Assembly: GCA_046292385.1 (NCBI GenBank)
Contig: JBKBRF010000017.1
Coordinates: forward strand, 32,001 to 96,000
Reading direction: 5' to 3'
Length of the DNA stretch: 64,000 bases
Origin: Armatimonadota bacterium
Lineage (GTDB): Bacteria; Armatimonadota; SYMT01
Shown here: piece after piece, positions 15,936 to 25,499 of the stretch
Layout: the number at the start of each line of letters is the position of its first letter
Numbering within the stretch: position 1 is the stretch's first letter
Notes under the pieces: model-generated
Seen by the model: the letters and a program-made list of their open reading frames with translations, nothing else
Told to the model about the DNA's origin: nothing
The model's database searches: none
Translations under genes and position numbers: made by a program

Positions 15936-18053
15936 ATGGTTGAGACGAACCCGCAAACGCTGGCGCTGGTAAGAATGGCCGTGGCCCGTGTCGCCTCCGA
16001 TCCGGAGGACGAGCAGCGCTATCTGGAGCTGAACTGGGCGCTGGACCGGGCGGTGGAGCGCGATTTCCGCTACCGGGAGCTGCTGGCGATCTTCGAGGAA
16101 GGCGCCGCCACCGCCGCGGAGGATGTCTCCTGGGCCTGGTGGCTCGCCGCCGGCCTGGGGGGGAACCTGACCGGGGACTCGGAGCGGGCCACCCACCTGC
16201 TGGAGCAGGCGCGGCGGGAGCTGGAGGCGCAGGGCCGCGACCACACCGCCATCGGCTCCTTCACCTGCGGAGAGCTGGCCCGGGCCTACTACCACTGCGG
16301 CGGCGCCCCGGCGGAGGAGGCGGCCACCCGCGGCCTGCAGCTCGCCCGCTCCGCCAACTCGCCCCTGGCGGAGGGCTACGCCCATCACTACCTGGGGCTA
16401 ATCCTGGTCCGGCGGCGGGAGTACGACTACGCCCGGCGCCACATCCTGGCCGCGCGCGAGCTGTTCGAGCGGATGAAGCAGCGCCACGGCCGCGCGCGCG
16501 TGCTCGATTCTCTGGCCAGCCTGGAGATGGACCTGGGGCACTACGAAGTCGCCCGCCAGCTCCTGGAGGAGAGCCTGGGGGTGAAGAGCGAGTTCCGCGA
16601 CCTCCGCGGCCAGGCGCTCACCTGCTCCAACCTGGGGCGGCTCTACACCGGCCTGGCGGACTACTCCCAGGCGCTCCACTACCTGGACCGCGCCCGGGAG
16701 CTGAGCACCCGCGTGGGAGACGAGCGGACCGCCACTCTGCTGCGGATCCGCCTGGGCGAGCTGCACCTGCGGCACAACCACGCGGAGCTGGCGCGAGTGG
16801 AGCTGGAAGCCGCCTTCCGCATGGCGCGAGACCGCCACGACGAGATGCTGGTGGCGACCGCCTGCTTCGCCCTGGCGGAGGCGGAGCGCCGCCTGGGGCA
16901 CTATCCCGACGCGCTGCACTCGATCCGGCTGGCGGAGCGGTTCTTCGGGAAGAGCGACGACGTGGTGATGCGGGACCGCGTGGCGCTGCGCCGCGCCCTG
17001 CTGGAGGGGGTCGACTTCGAATCGTCACGGGTCGAGGGTCCGCTCAACCGGCTGCGGGCCTGCGACGCCTCCGGCGCGCTGGCCGACGCGCTCTTCGAAG
17101 CGGCCAGCTTCTTTCACGAGCGAGGGCGCGTGCAGCAGGTGGCGGCGCTCTACGCCGAAGCGCTCGACGCCGCCGAGCCGGCGCAGGCGATCCAGCTTGC
17201 GGAGCAGATGCGCAGCCGGGCCGAAAGCGTGGAGGGGCGCGCGTGGGTCGACGCGATGCTGAACGTCAAGCACCACAAAGACGAGCTGGAGCAGGCGTAC
17301 GGGGAGCTGCGCCGCGCCGAATCGCTGCGGGACGCGCTGACGCAGATGATCGTTCACGACCTCAAGAATCCGCTCACCGCGATCACTCCCTGGCTCCAGA
17401 CGATCCAGATGGGCGGTCTCTCGGAAGACGAGACCGAGTCGGTGCTGCAGACGGTGATCGATGAGTGCGACTACCTGCTCCGCACCATCGAGGACCTGAA
17501 CGACGTCGGGAAGATGCAGCACGAGCGCACGCTCGACCTCTCCCTGGAGCGGCTCGACCTGACCGAGCTGATGAACGAAGTGGCCCGCCGGCTGCAGACC
17601 CGCGCCCGCGATGCCGGCATGACGATCCGGTGCGACTGCCCCCGGGCCTCGCTGCTGCCGGTCCGAGGGGATCGCTCCAAGCTCCGCCGCGTGCTGGAGA
17701 ATCTGGTCGCCAACGCGATCAAGTACGGCCGGCCCGCCGAGGGCTCCGGCCTGCCGGCGGAGGTGGAGATCCGGGCGCGCGTGGAGCCGCCGCCGCCGGA
17801 CGGGGGCTCTCCCTCCGTACGGGTCGAGGTGTGCGACTTCGGTCCCGGGATCCCGCTGGCGGAGGCGGAGCGAGTCTTCGAGCCGTACTACCAGGCCGAA
17901 GCCGGCCGCAAGCGCAAGGCCGGGGTCGGCCTGGGCCTCGCCTTCTCCCGCATGGTGGTCCAGGCGCACGGCGGCGCCCTCTGGACCGAGCCGAATCCTC
18001 ACGGCGGCAGCGTCTTCGCCTTCCGCCTCCCCGCCGAGGACCTCTCGAGCTGA
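15936..18053 (+). CDS. Soluble TPR-repeat sensor histidine kinase
   Basis: N-terminal TPR array without TM segments; H box HDLKNPL, N box NLVANAIKY, DFGPGI, GVGLGL. Confidence 0.9.
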   Translation: MVETNPQTLALVRMAVARVASDPEDEQRYLELNWALDRAVERDFRYRELLAIFEEGAATAAEDVSWAWWLAAGLGGNLTGDSERATHLLEQARRELEAQGRDHTAIGSFTCGELARAYYHCGGAPAEEAATRGLQLARSANSPLAEGYAHHYLGLILVRRREYDYARRHILAARELFERMKQRHGRARVLDSLASLEMDLGHYEVARQLLEESLGVKSEFRDLRGQALTCSNLGRLYTGLADYSQALHYLDRARELSTRVGDERTATLLRIRLGELHLRHNHAELARVELEAAFRMARDRHDEMLVATACFALAEAERRLGHYPDALHSIRLAERFFGKSDDVVMRDRVALRRALLEGVDFESSRVEGPLNRLRACDASGALADALFEAASFFHERGRVQQVAALYAEALDAAEPAQAIQLAEQMRSRAESVEGRAWVDAMLNVKHHKDELEQAYGELRRAESLRDALTQMIVHDLKNPLTAITPWLQTIQMGGLSEDETESVLQTVIDECDYLLRTIEDLNDVGKMQHERTLDLSLERLDLTELMNEVARRLQTRARDAGMTIRCDCPRASLLPVRGDRSKLRRVLENLVANAIKYGRPAEGSGLPAEVEIRARVEPPPPDGGSPSVRVEVCDFGPGIPLAEAERVFEPYYQAEAGRKRKAGVGLGLAFSRMVVQAHGGALWTEPNPHGGSVFAFRLPAEDLSS

Positions 18054-18514
18054 TTCGCGCCCCGCTGCGCGCCTCGCGAGCTCCGCACCCGTCCGCCGCC
18101 CCGGCCCGGCTTCCCCGGCCCGGACCGCCAACCGAGCAGCCGCCTGTAAAAAAAGCGCTCCTCATTCAATCGATTGGCACGGCTCTTGCTTACTCATTCA
18201 TCCGGTTGACAGAATGGCCCATTCGGTGGACGAGCAGGCAGGCCTGCGGATCGCGCCGAAAACGCCAGAATGAAGTAGGAGCGCACGATTGGCCGGTCGG
18301 ACAGCGAGAACTGTCCGGTTGACCAAACGGCCGGCCCCACGCAGAGGGTAACCTGAACGGGTAGCCCACCCTCCGTGAGCTGCGAAGCTTGAAGCGATTT
18401 GGGAGCCCCGATTCCGGAGCTCCCGGCGAGCGAGTGCCCGTAGTACGGCGCGCGCCCCGCACTCTGTGAACGAGCCGCCGGCGGAGACCCTGCCGGCCAA
18501 GAAATGGTGAGAAG

Positions 18515-20533
18515 ATGCATCGATCCCTGAGCATCCTGGGGGTTGGGCTGGGGCTGACGGCACTGGCGGCGGGAACCTCCGGTGTCCGAGCGGGAGCTTC
18601 CGCTTCGGTCACTCTCCCGCCGGCGCTGAAGGCGAAGCTGGCGTCCAACCTTTACCGCGCCGAGGCGCGGGCGGGACGGCGAACCTACATTGTTCAGTTC
18701 CGCGACGCGAAGCGCGGCCTGGAGCTGGTACGACGGAGCGGGGCTACCGTGGAGCACGCGTTCAGCGTGCTGCCGATGGCGAGCGTGACCGCGGCTCCCG
18801 ACGAGCTGAACCGGCTCCTGGCTTCCTCCGAGGTGACGAACGTCAGCTCGGACGCCACCGTGAAGAAGTCGATGGAGTTCGCGATCCCCGCCGTGCGGGC
18901 CGACATGCCGCACAAGGTCGGCTTGAAGGGCAGCGGCGTCACGGTGGCAGTGATCGATAGCGGCATCGCCAATCACTGGGACATCCGCGAGGATCGCTCC
19001 GGGCAGCGCCAGAGCCGGGTGCTCGCCGGAGTGGACTTTGTCAAAGGTGGGTCCAGCACGGCGATGGGCAACGACGAGTGCGGTCACGGCACGATGGTTG
19101 CCGGGATCGCGTGCGGCGACGCCACCTCCAGCACCATGAACACCGATCGTGCCTGGAACACCCGGCACTTCTTCGGCGTGGCGCCGGCTACCAGCATCCT
19201 CAACCTGCGCGTGCTGGACAAGCACGGGCAGGGCACGGTGACCAACGCCATCAAGGCGCTGGAGTGGTGTATCCAGAACAAGACGAAGTACAACATCCGC
19301 GTCGTCAACATGTCGCTCGGCCATCCGCCGTTCCAGAGCTATCTGGAAGACCCGCTCTGCCAGATGACGGAGCAGGCGTGGAAGGCGGGCCTGGTGGTGG
19401 TGTGCGCGGCGGGGAACCGCGGCCGGGCGGTGGCGAACGACCAGAACGGCGGTGCCCGGTACGGCACGATCAACAGCCCCGGCAATAGCCCGTACGTGAT
19501 CACGGTGGGCGCCACGCGGGACAGCGGGACGGTCACCACGGATGACGACTGGGTCGCATCCTACAGCAGCCGCGGGCCGACGCGCATCGACCACATCGTG
19601 AAGCCGGACCTGGTGGCGCCCGGCAACCGGATCATCAGCCTGCGGCACCCCGGCAGCGAGTTGGAGCGCGTGGCAGGCGGCACCAACCTGATCGAGAACT
19701 GGTACTACTGGCAGCGGAAGAACGACAAGGACGTGAACGGCACGTCCAAGGACTACTTCCACCTGTCCGGGTCCAGCATGGCGGCGGCGGTGGTTTCCGG
19801 CGCGGCCGCGCTGATGGTCGGCCTCGATCCGTCGCTGACGCCGGACACGGTGAAGGCGCGCCTGATGCTTACGGCCCGCAGCGAGTGGCGCGCGGACGGC
19901 CAGTCGCCGGACATCTTCAGCCGCGGCGCGGGGCTGCTCGACGTAGACCGTGCCCTCCGCTGCCGGGTGGTGGCGACGCGGCCGGCCCTCTCTCCTTACG
20001 TCTCGCGGCACGAGAGCACGCTGACGTTCTACTACGGGCGAGGCCTGGGTGGAGAGGAGACGTTCTGGAGCGGCCTGGGTGTCCAGGCGCACCAGGCGCT
20101 CTGGAGCGACGACACGCCGAAGTCGTCCACCGGCACCTACCCCGGCTCGGGCGGGACCAGCACCTATCCGGATATGTCGTACTACGATCCCAAGAAGTAC
20201 ACGTACAATCCGGACGACTACAAGTCGCAGGCGCTCTGGAGCGATCAGGCGCTCTGGAGCGACGACGCCCCGCGTGCCCAGGCGGACACGGCGCAGGCGC
20301 TCTGGAGTGACCAGGCGCTCTGGTCCGACGGTCCTGCCGCGCAGGCGGAAGCGCAGGCGTTGTGGAGTGATCAGGCGCTCTGGTCGGACAGCCCGGCCGA
20401 CGCCATGCAAGAGCTCCAGAACTGGGCGCAGCAGGCGCTCTGGTCGGACGATAAACCTCGCAGCGATAGCGGGGAGCTCACCCAAGCACTCTGGTCGGAC
20501 GTGTTCCGAGTGTCCGTTCTGGGGGACGAATGA
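18515..20533 (+). CDS. Secreted S8 (subtilisin-family) serine protease with nine C-terminal QALWSD repeats
   Basis: Signal peptide, I9-like prodomain, triad VAVIDSG / GHGTMVAG / SGSSMAA, oxyanion AAGN, KPDLVAPG. Confidence 0.93.
   Translation: MHRSLSILGVGLGLTALAAGTSGVRAGASASVTLPPALKAKLASNLYRAEARAGRRTYIVQFRDAKRGLELVRRSGATVEHAFSVLPMASVTAAPDELNRLLASSEVTNVSSDATVKKSMEFAIPAVRADMPHKVGLKGSGVTVAVIDSGIANHWDIREDRSGQRQSRVLAGVDFVKGGSSTAMGNDECGHGTMVAGIACGDATSSTMNTDRAWNTRHFFGVAPATSILNLRVLDKHGQGTVTNAIKALEWCIQNKTKYNIRVVNMSLGHPPFQSYLEDPLCQMTEQAWKAGLVVVCAAGNRGRAVANDQNGGARYGTINSPGNSPYVITVGATRDSGTVTTDDDWVASYSSRGPTRIDHIVKPDLVAPGNRIISLRHPGSELERVAGGTNLIENWYYWQRKNDKDVNGTSKDYFHLSGSSMAAAVVSGAAALMVGLDPSLTPDTVKARLMLTARSEWRADGQSPDIFSRGAGLLDVDRALRCRVVATRPALSPYVSRHESTLTFYYGRGLGGEETFWSGLGVQAHQALWSDDTPKSSTGTYPGSGGTSTYPDMSYYDPKKYTYNPDDYKSQALWSDQALWSDDAPRAQADTAQALWSDQALWSDGPAAQAEAQALWSDQALWSDSPADAMQELQNWAQQALWSDDKPRSDSGELTQALWSDVFRVSVLGDE
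20093..20500 (+). repeat. Nine coding repeats of QALWSD
   Basis: CAR GCR YTS TGG (AGY/TCS) GAY x9, including three tandem doublets. Confidence 0.95.
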
Positions 20534-20715
20534 AAATGCGAAAACGAGTTGCATCCCATCGTGGCGTCCGCTCGACACTACTTCCGATGCTGAAGTATCT
20601 GGTCGTAGGACTCCTCCTCGCCGGCGTGGCCCTCGCTCCGGTCACGGCCCACGCGGCTGGCTGCGCCGGGGACTCGCCGAAGCCTCAAAAAACACAGGTT
20701 CTCTGGAGCGACTAA
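20530..20715 (+). CDS. Small secreted peptide ending in QVLWSD (alternative start 20587, 42 aa)
   Basis: ATGA overlap with the protease stop; hydrophobic signal MLKYLVVGLLLAGVALAPVTAHA with an AHA cleavage site; C-terminus matches the protease repeat. Confidence 0.75.
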   Translation: MKMRKRVASHRGVRSTLLPMLKYLVVGLLLAGVALAPVTAHAAGCAGDSPKPQKTQVLWSD

Positions 20716-20743
20716 CCGCTTTCAGGGTTCCGGAACGCGCACC

Positions 20744-20779
20744 GGACAGCCCGGCCTCCACCTGGAGGCCGGGCTGTCC
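20744..20779. terminator. Strong GC-rich hairpin between convergent genes
   Basis: GGACAGCCCGGCCTCCA-CC-TGGAGGCCGGGCTGTCC; no U-tract. Confidence 0.6.
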
Positions 20780-20871
20780 TGCGTACGGCTGCGGAGCTCA
20801 GTGGGAGAGTGAGAGAGTGGGATCCGGGGCCGGCCGTGTGGCGCCGGTCTCCCGGATCCCCGGCGCACCGT

Positions 20872-21555
20872 TTAGAGCTGTTTGAGGTGGAAGTCTTTGA
20901 ACTGCACCTTCATCGGCGGGCCCTGGTGGAGCTGCAGCGCGAGGATGCCCTCCGCCGCGCGGCCGTCGGTATCCTCGTCCGTCGTCTCGGCCGTCACCAC
21001 GCCGTTGATCTCGTGGCGGAGCTGGTTGCCGCGAGCGACGAGGTGGTACTCGTTCCACTCCCCTTTCCGCACCGCCGCCTTGATCTTCTCCGGGTCTCCC
21101 ACGGTGCCCACCACCTTCGGCTTGCCGTCTTCTCCGATGACGGTCCGCTGTCCCGGCTCGGCCAGGACGCCGCGTCCGCGCTCCTCGTAGATCAGGCCGT
21201 TCCAGCGGTCGCCGGCTTCGAAGTCGGCCTGGTAGCCTGCCACCACCCAGTTGCCCAGGTGCTTGCTGCGGTACTGGATGCCGGAGTTGCCGCCTTCGAT
21301 GCGGAACTTCACCCGGAGGTCGAAGTCCTTCAGCGTGCCGCCCTTCCAGATCAGGAAGGTGTTCTGCGGCGTGGGGCGGTCCGGCGTGGTGGTGCCGGTC
21401 AGGGCGCCGTCCTGCACGGACCAGAACTTCGGATCACCGTCCCAGCCGGTCAGGTCCTTCCCGTTGAAGAGGCTGCGGGAATCGGGCTGGGCGGCAGCCA
21501 CGGTCGCGGCCGCGAGGGCGACCAGCGCGGTAAGGGAAATCAGGCGATGAGCCAT
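20872..21555 (-). CDS. DUF1080 (3-keto-disaccharide hydrolase) protein, secreted
   Basis: SLFNGKDLTGW, GNSGIQYR, GYQAD, GEWNEY, GILALQLH. Confidence 0.92.
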   Translation of the reverse strand: MAHRLISLTALVALAAATVAAAQPDSRSLFNGKDLTGWDGDPKFWSVQDGALTGTTTPDRPTPQNTFLIWKGGTLKDFDLRVKFRIEGGNSGIQYRSKHLGNWVVAGYQADFEAGDRWNGLIYEERGRGVLAEPGQRTVIGEDGKPKVVGTVGDPEKIKAAVRKGEWNEYHLVARGNQLRHEINGVVTAETTDEDTDGRAAEGILALQLHQGPPMKVQFKDFHLKQL

Positions 21556-21631
21556 CCGGACGTCTCCTGCGGAAGCCGCGAGCGCCGACGGTCCGGCGCC
21601 GCACTACCGAATTTCCGCCGCCGTGCCCCGC

Positions 21632-22816
21632 TCACCTGCCCGCAGTGGCCTCGGCCAGCTCCGCGGCGGCGAGCGCGCGCTCGTCCGGGCCGCGCCTCGC
21701 GCTCGCCGGCGCGCCGCTGCCGCGCTCGCGCACCACTCGGATGAAGTGATCCGTGAAGATCGCGTTCCGCATCACGATCTCGCGCGGCATGTGGCAGCTT
21801 ACGCAGTTCCCCCGCGGCTGCTCCGGGCAGACCGCCAGGTGCGGCTGGCCGCCGTGGCAGCCGGAGCAGACTTTCTTGTAGTGCTCCGGGTCCTTGCTGC
21901 TGTTTCCGTGCGGCTGGTGGCAGGAGACACAGGAGAGGCCGCCCGGGGTCTCCGTGTAGCACTCGCTGCGCACCAGGCGCGCCGGGGCAAAGCGGATCAT
22001 CACCGGCGCGTCCGGGTCGGTTCCCGGCGGCGGCTCCAGGCGATGACAGGTGGCGCAGAACCGCACGTTCTCTGCGCCGGAGCCGGAGCCGGGATTGGGA
22101 ATGCTCCCCTTCGCCTGTCCGAGACGAGCCAGGCGGATGTGCTCGGCGCCGCCGCCGTGGCAGCGCTCGCACTGCACCCCTGCTTCGATGCGCGAGAGGT
22201 CCGGCCCATCCTTCTGCTGCAGCACGCCGGTGGCATGGCAGTCGAAGCAGGCATTGATCTCGTCCGGCGGCAGCGGGCGGCCGGCGGCGCTGCGGGAGCG
22301 GAGTGAGGGGTCATTCAGGAGGAAGCCGACAGTAAAGTCCCAGCCGGCGTTCCGATAGTAGGTGACGGGTGCCTCGACCCACTCACCGTTGGGGGTCTGC
22401 CCCACCGGGGTCATTGCCAGGGTTCCCGACCCGAACGCCCACTGCGTCGGGTTCCAGAGCGGGTTCCCGTTTAGCTGTCCTTCCACGCCGAAGACGCCGT
22501 CCTTCTGCGCTGCTCGCGTGAGCATCGGCAGCTCCGGATCGGAAAGCCACTTCGGCTCCGGGAGCGGAGAAGTGGCGGCGAACTGCTCCATCGTCGCCAG
22601 GGTGTGGGCGTGGTGACTCTCCGCGTGCTCGTCCACCAGGGCCGCGTGGCACTCCGCGCAGGCCTGGGAGCCGGCGAATCCTGGAACGAAGGCGCGCGGC
22701 GGCTGCGGCTCCGGACGCAGCGCCAGCGCAGCGACCCACGCCCCATACCCCGCGAGGGCCAGGGGAAGCAGCGCCAGCAGCCATCGCAGAGAACGGCCGC
22801 GAAGGAAGACGGGCAT
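21632..22816 (-). CDS. Membrane-anchored multiheme c-type cytochrome
   Basis: Seven CxxCH motifs (CAECH, CFDCH, CERCH, CATCH, CVSCH, CSGCH, CVSCH), N-terminal TM, C-terminal TDHFI. Confidence 0.9.
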   Translation of the reverse strand: MPVFLRGRSLRWLLALLPLALAGYGAWVAALALRPEPQPPRAFVPGFAGSQACAECHAALVDEHAESHHAHTLATMEQFAATSPLPEPKWLSDPELPMLTRAAQKDGVFGVEGQLNGNPLWNPTQWAFGSGTLAMTPVGQTPNGEWVEAPVTYYRNAGWDFTVGFLLNDPSLRSRSAAGRPLPPDEINACFDCHATGVLQQKDGPDLSRIEAGVQCERCHGGGAEHIRLARLGQAKGSIPNPGSGSGAENVRFCATCHRLEPPPGTDPDAPVMIRFAPARLVRSECYTETPGGLSCVSCHQPHGNSSKDPEHYKKVCSGCHGGQPHLAVCPEQPRGNCVSCHMPREIVMRNAIFTDHFIRVVRERGSGAPASARRGPDERALAAAELAEATAGR

Positions 22817-22934
22817 TACAGTCGAAAAGGCTAAGCAGACCGAGGAAGCCGGGGGAATGTTCCCTGCCGGACACCGGCAGTCGGTCCGCACGATTGGCAG
22901 CAGTAGCTTCGCCGCCGGCGAGCTCGATTCCTGA

Positions 22935-24161
22935 ATGAGGACGATGTCGAGAAACGGACAGCAGTCTCGCCGCCGCAGCGCCCGGAAGCTCGCGTTCGGG
23001 GTGCTCCTGCTCCTCGCCCTGGCCATTCCCCTCGATCTGTTCGTGACCGGGCGGGACGCAAGGGCGCGCTGGATCAGCGCGCTGCCGCCTGGCGCGGTGC
23101 GTCAGCTCGGTCGCAGCTTCCCGCAGGATCCACCGGTCCTTTTCGCTCTGGCGCGCTCCCAGCGGAACCAGGGCGACAGCGCCGCTGCCGTGGAGACCCT
23201 CCGCCGCGCGACGGAGCTCGATCCCACCTTCCAGCTGGGCCGGGGCGAGTATGCCGACACGTTGATCGACGTCGGACGCACGGCGGAGGCGCGATCGATC
23301 TCCCGCGAGTGCCTGATGAACCATCCCGAGGTGCTTCCCGCGCTGGTGGCGGAAGGGAGACTCTACGCGTCCCGAAACGAATGGCGTGAGGCCGCCCGCT
23401 CCGCGGCGGAGGCGCTCCAGGTGGCGCCCACCTCTCCGGATGCGTGGCTGCTTCAAGCCCGCGTCGACGCGGGGCAGAACCGGTGGCAGGAGGCCGCGGC
23501 CGCCGCGTCCCGCGTGTCGGGTATCGGCAGCCGGCAGTGGGAGGCGCGAGTGATCCGGGCGGAGGCGGCGATGGAGCTCGGGGACTTCACGCAAGCCGTG
23601 GAGCACGCCGAAGCGGCAGTAGCGCTCCGGCCGGTCGAGCACCGGGCCCAGACTTGCCTGGCGCGGGCGCTGCTGCAGGTGGGGGAGCCGGGCGCGCTGG
23701 AGCGTGCGAGGGGGGTCGCGGCGGAGGCGGTTCGGCTGGCCCCGCTGGACCGGCAGGCGCTCCTCGCCGCCGCGAGTGTGGAAGTGGCGCAATCTCGCTG
23801 GGATACCGCGCGAGAGCAGCTCGAGACGATCCTGCAGGGCTGGCCGGACGCGAACGACGCTCGCCTGCTGCTCTCGCGAGTGGCGAAGGCCAGCGGAGAT
23901 CTCGCCGCCGCCCGCCGCTGGACCACGGAGCACCTGCGCTGGGAAAAGTTCCTGGGTGAGCGGGACATGCTGCTCGAGCGGGTGCGCGCGGTTCCCTACG
24001 ACCCGCAGCCGTGGGTCGATCTCGCCGTGAGATACCAGGAATTCGGGATGTGGACGGAGGCCCGCCGCGCGGCGGGCGAAGCGCTCAAGAAGACGCGGGA
24101 TCCGGGCGCGCTTGCATTGATGCATTCTTTACTGGGGGGGAAGGAGAAACCATCCCCCTGA
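22935..24161 (+). CDS. TPR-repeat protein with N-terminal membrane anchor
   Basis: Repeated A..ALxLxP TPR pattern; KLAFGVLLLLALAI TM segment. Confidence 0.85.
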   Translation: MRTMSRNGQQSRRRSARKLAFGVLLLLALAIPLDLFVTGRDARARWISALPPGAVRQLGRSFPQDPPVLFALARSQRNQGDSAAAVETLRRATELDPTFQLGRGEYADTLIDVGRTAEARSISRECLMNHPEVLPALVAEGRLYASRNEWREAARSAAEALQVAPTSPDAWLLQARVDAGQNRWQEAAAAASRVSGIGSRQWEARVIRAEAAMELGDFTQAVEHAEAAVALRPVEHRAQTCLARALLQVGEPGALERARGVAAEAVRLAPLDRQALLAAASVEVAQSRWDTAREQLETILQGWPDANDARLLLSRVAKASGDLAAARRWTTEHLRWEKFLGERDMLLERVRAVPYDPQPWVDLAVRYQEFGMWTEARRAAGEALKKTRDPGALALMHSLLGGKEKPSP

Positions 24162-24214
24162 TCGAACCCTCTTTTTAAGTACCGTTTAAGAAGACGGGAA
24201 GGAGGTGAGCAGGC

Positions 24215-24469
24215 GTGCAGCAAGAGGTCAGCAAGACGACCATGATCGCGGCAGTCGTTGTCGCGGTCCTGGTGCTGGGTGGTCTGGGTTGGTGGATCAC
24301 GTTTGGGTCGAGCATGGCAACACCCCCGCCCCCGCGTACAAACCAGCCTCCGGGTGGGTACGAGGCTACCGCGAGTGGTCCGGCCGCCAAGATGCGAGGG
24401 ATGAGCCCGGGCGTCACCCCAGGCGCCAACGGAGCGGCCGGCGGCTACAACGGCGTGCCGGGCCAGTGA
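24215..24469 (+). CDS. Small single-pass membrane protein with Pro/Gly-rich tail
   Basis: GGAGGTGA RBS, GTG start, TM MIAAVVVAVLVLGGLGWWITF; directly upstream of the DUF1559 gene. Confidence 0.7.
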   Translation: MQQEVSKTTMIAAVVVAVLVLGGLGWWITFGSSMATPPPPRTNQPPGGYEATASGPAAKMRGMSPGVTPGANGAAGGYNGVPGQ

Positions 24470-24492
24470 CGGCCTTCGGAAGGAGATGAAGA

Positions 24493-25401
24493 ATGGAACG
24501 GGTTAAGAAACCGTTTAAGAAACGGGTCTCGGGCCCTTCGGGCTTTACCCTGATCGAGCTTCTCGTGGTCATCGCGATTATAGCCATCCTTGCGGCGATT
24601 CTCTTCCCCGTCTTCGCCCAGGCCCGAGAAGCCGCGCGGAAGGCGAGCTGTCAGAGCAACCTGAAGCAGCTCGGTGCCGCGATGCTGATGTACAGCTCCG
24701 ACTACGACGAGAAGCTGCCTCACGCGGGCTGGAACAGCGGCGGCGACGTGGGTGGTCTCCTGATCCCGACTACAGCAAGCTGTATGGCAACCGGGGCCAC
24801 GGTGGTTTGGAACGGGCAGATCGTGCCGTACGTCAAGAACCACGGCGTTTACAAGTGCCCCAGCGATCCGATCAACCGGGCGGTGAGCTACCTGTACAAT
24901 CAAGAGCTCTCCTGGCGGGCGGGCGGTGGCGATCCGCGCGCCAATCCCACGAAGGTTCCGGCGATCCCCTCGCCGGCAGAGGCGTTCCTCCTGGTTGACG
25001 GGGGGATCCAGCCCACGGGACCCGGGATGTACGGACTGGCCGCCAACACCCCGCGAGACCAGTGGGTACGGATCGACATCCAGTGCGGCGACTACACCGA
25101 GCCGCGCTCCTGGGACCGCCTGGTCGATCGCCATCGCGCGGGCCGCACCCACGGCGGGGGCGCCAACTGGCTCTTCGCGGACGGCCACGTGAAGTGGGCC
25201 AAGCTGCAAACGCACCAGCTCGGGACGGGGGCCGGCGACTGTCGCACCGGCTTCAGCCAGCCGAACGGTCATCGGACCAGCAGCGTGCCGATCTACTGGG
25301 CCAGCAACGTCGATAAGCCGTGCGGCCCGGACAACGGCGTAACCGATCCGTGGCAGCTCTGGGAGGACTGGGAGGAGCCGTCGCCGAACCCGGCGCAGTA
25401 A
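24493..25401 (+). CDS. Prepilin-type N-terminal cleavage/methylation protein (DUF1559, H-X9-DG motif)
   Basis: [61 protein letters not shown]. Confidence 0.95.
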   Translation: MERVKKPFKKRVSGPSGFTLIELLVVIAIIAILAAILFPVFAQAREAARKASCQSNLKQLGAAMLMYSSDYDEKLPHAGWNSGGDVGGLLIPTTASCMATGATVVWNGQIVPYVKNHGVYKCPSDPINRAVSYLYNQELSWRAGGGDPRANPTKVPAIPSPAEAFLLVDGGIQPTGPGMYGLAANTPRDQWVRIDIQCGDYTEPRSWDRLVDRHRAGRTHGGGANWLFADGHVKWAKLQTHQLGTGAGDCRTGFSQPNGHRTSSVPIYWASNVDKPCGPDNGVTDPWQLWEDWEEPSPNPAQ

Positions 25402-25499
25402 GTCCCGGTCCAGGCCTCGAGCCTGAGCCAGAGAACGGCCGCGGGGAAGCAGCACTCCCCGCGGCCGTTCTCGTTCTCGGAGGTGGAGCCGCTCCGCCG

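Noticed and set aside
18054..18514. Riboswitch (c-di-GMP type) in the long leader of the S8 protease
   Set aside because: Some hairpins are present but I could not match a riboswitch consensus by eye; it needs an Rfam scan.
20093..20500. CRISPR or DNA-level repeat array
   Set aside because: The repeats are in-frame 18-mers varying at synonymous positions with irregular spacing, so they are a protein repeat.
18194..20578. 794-aa minus-strand ORF with repeated PERL motifs
   Set aside because: It is the antisense shadow of the protease; PERL is the reverse complement of the QALW codons.
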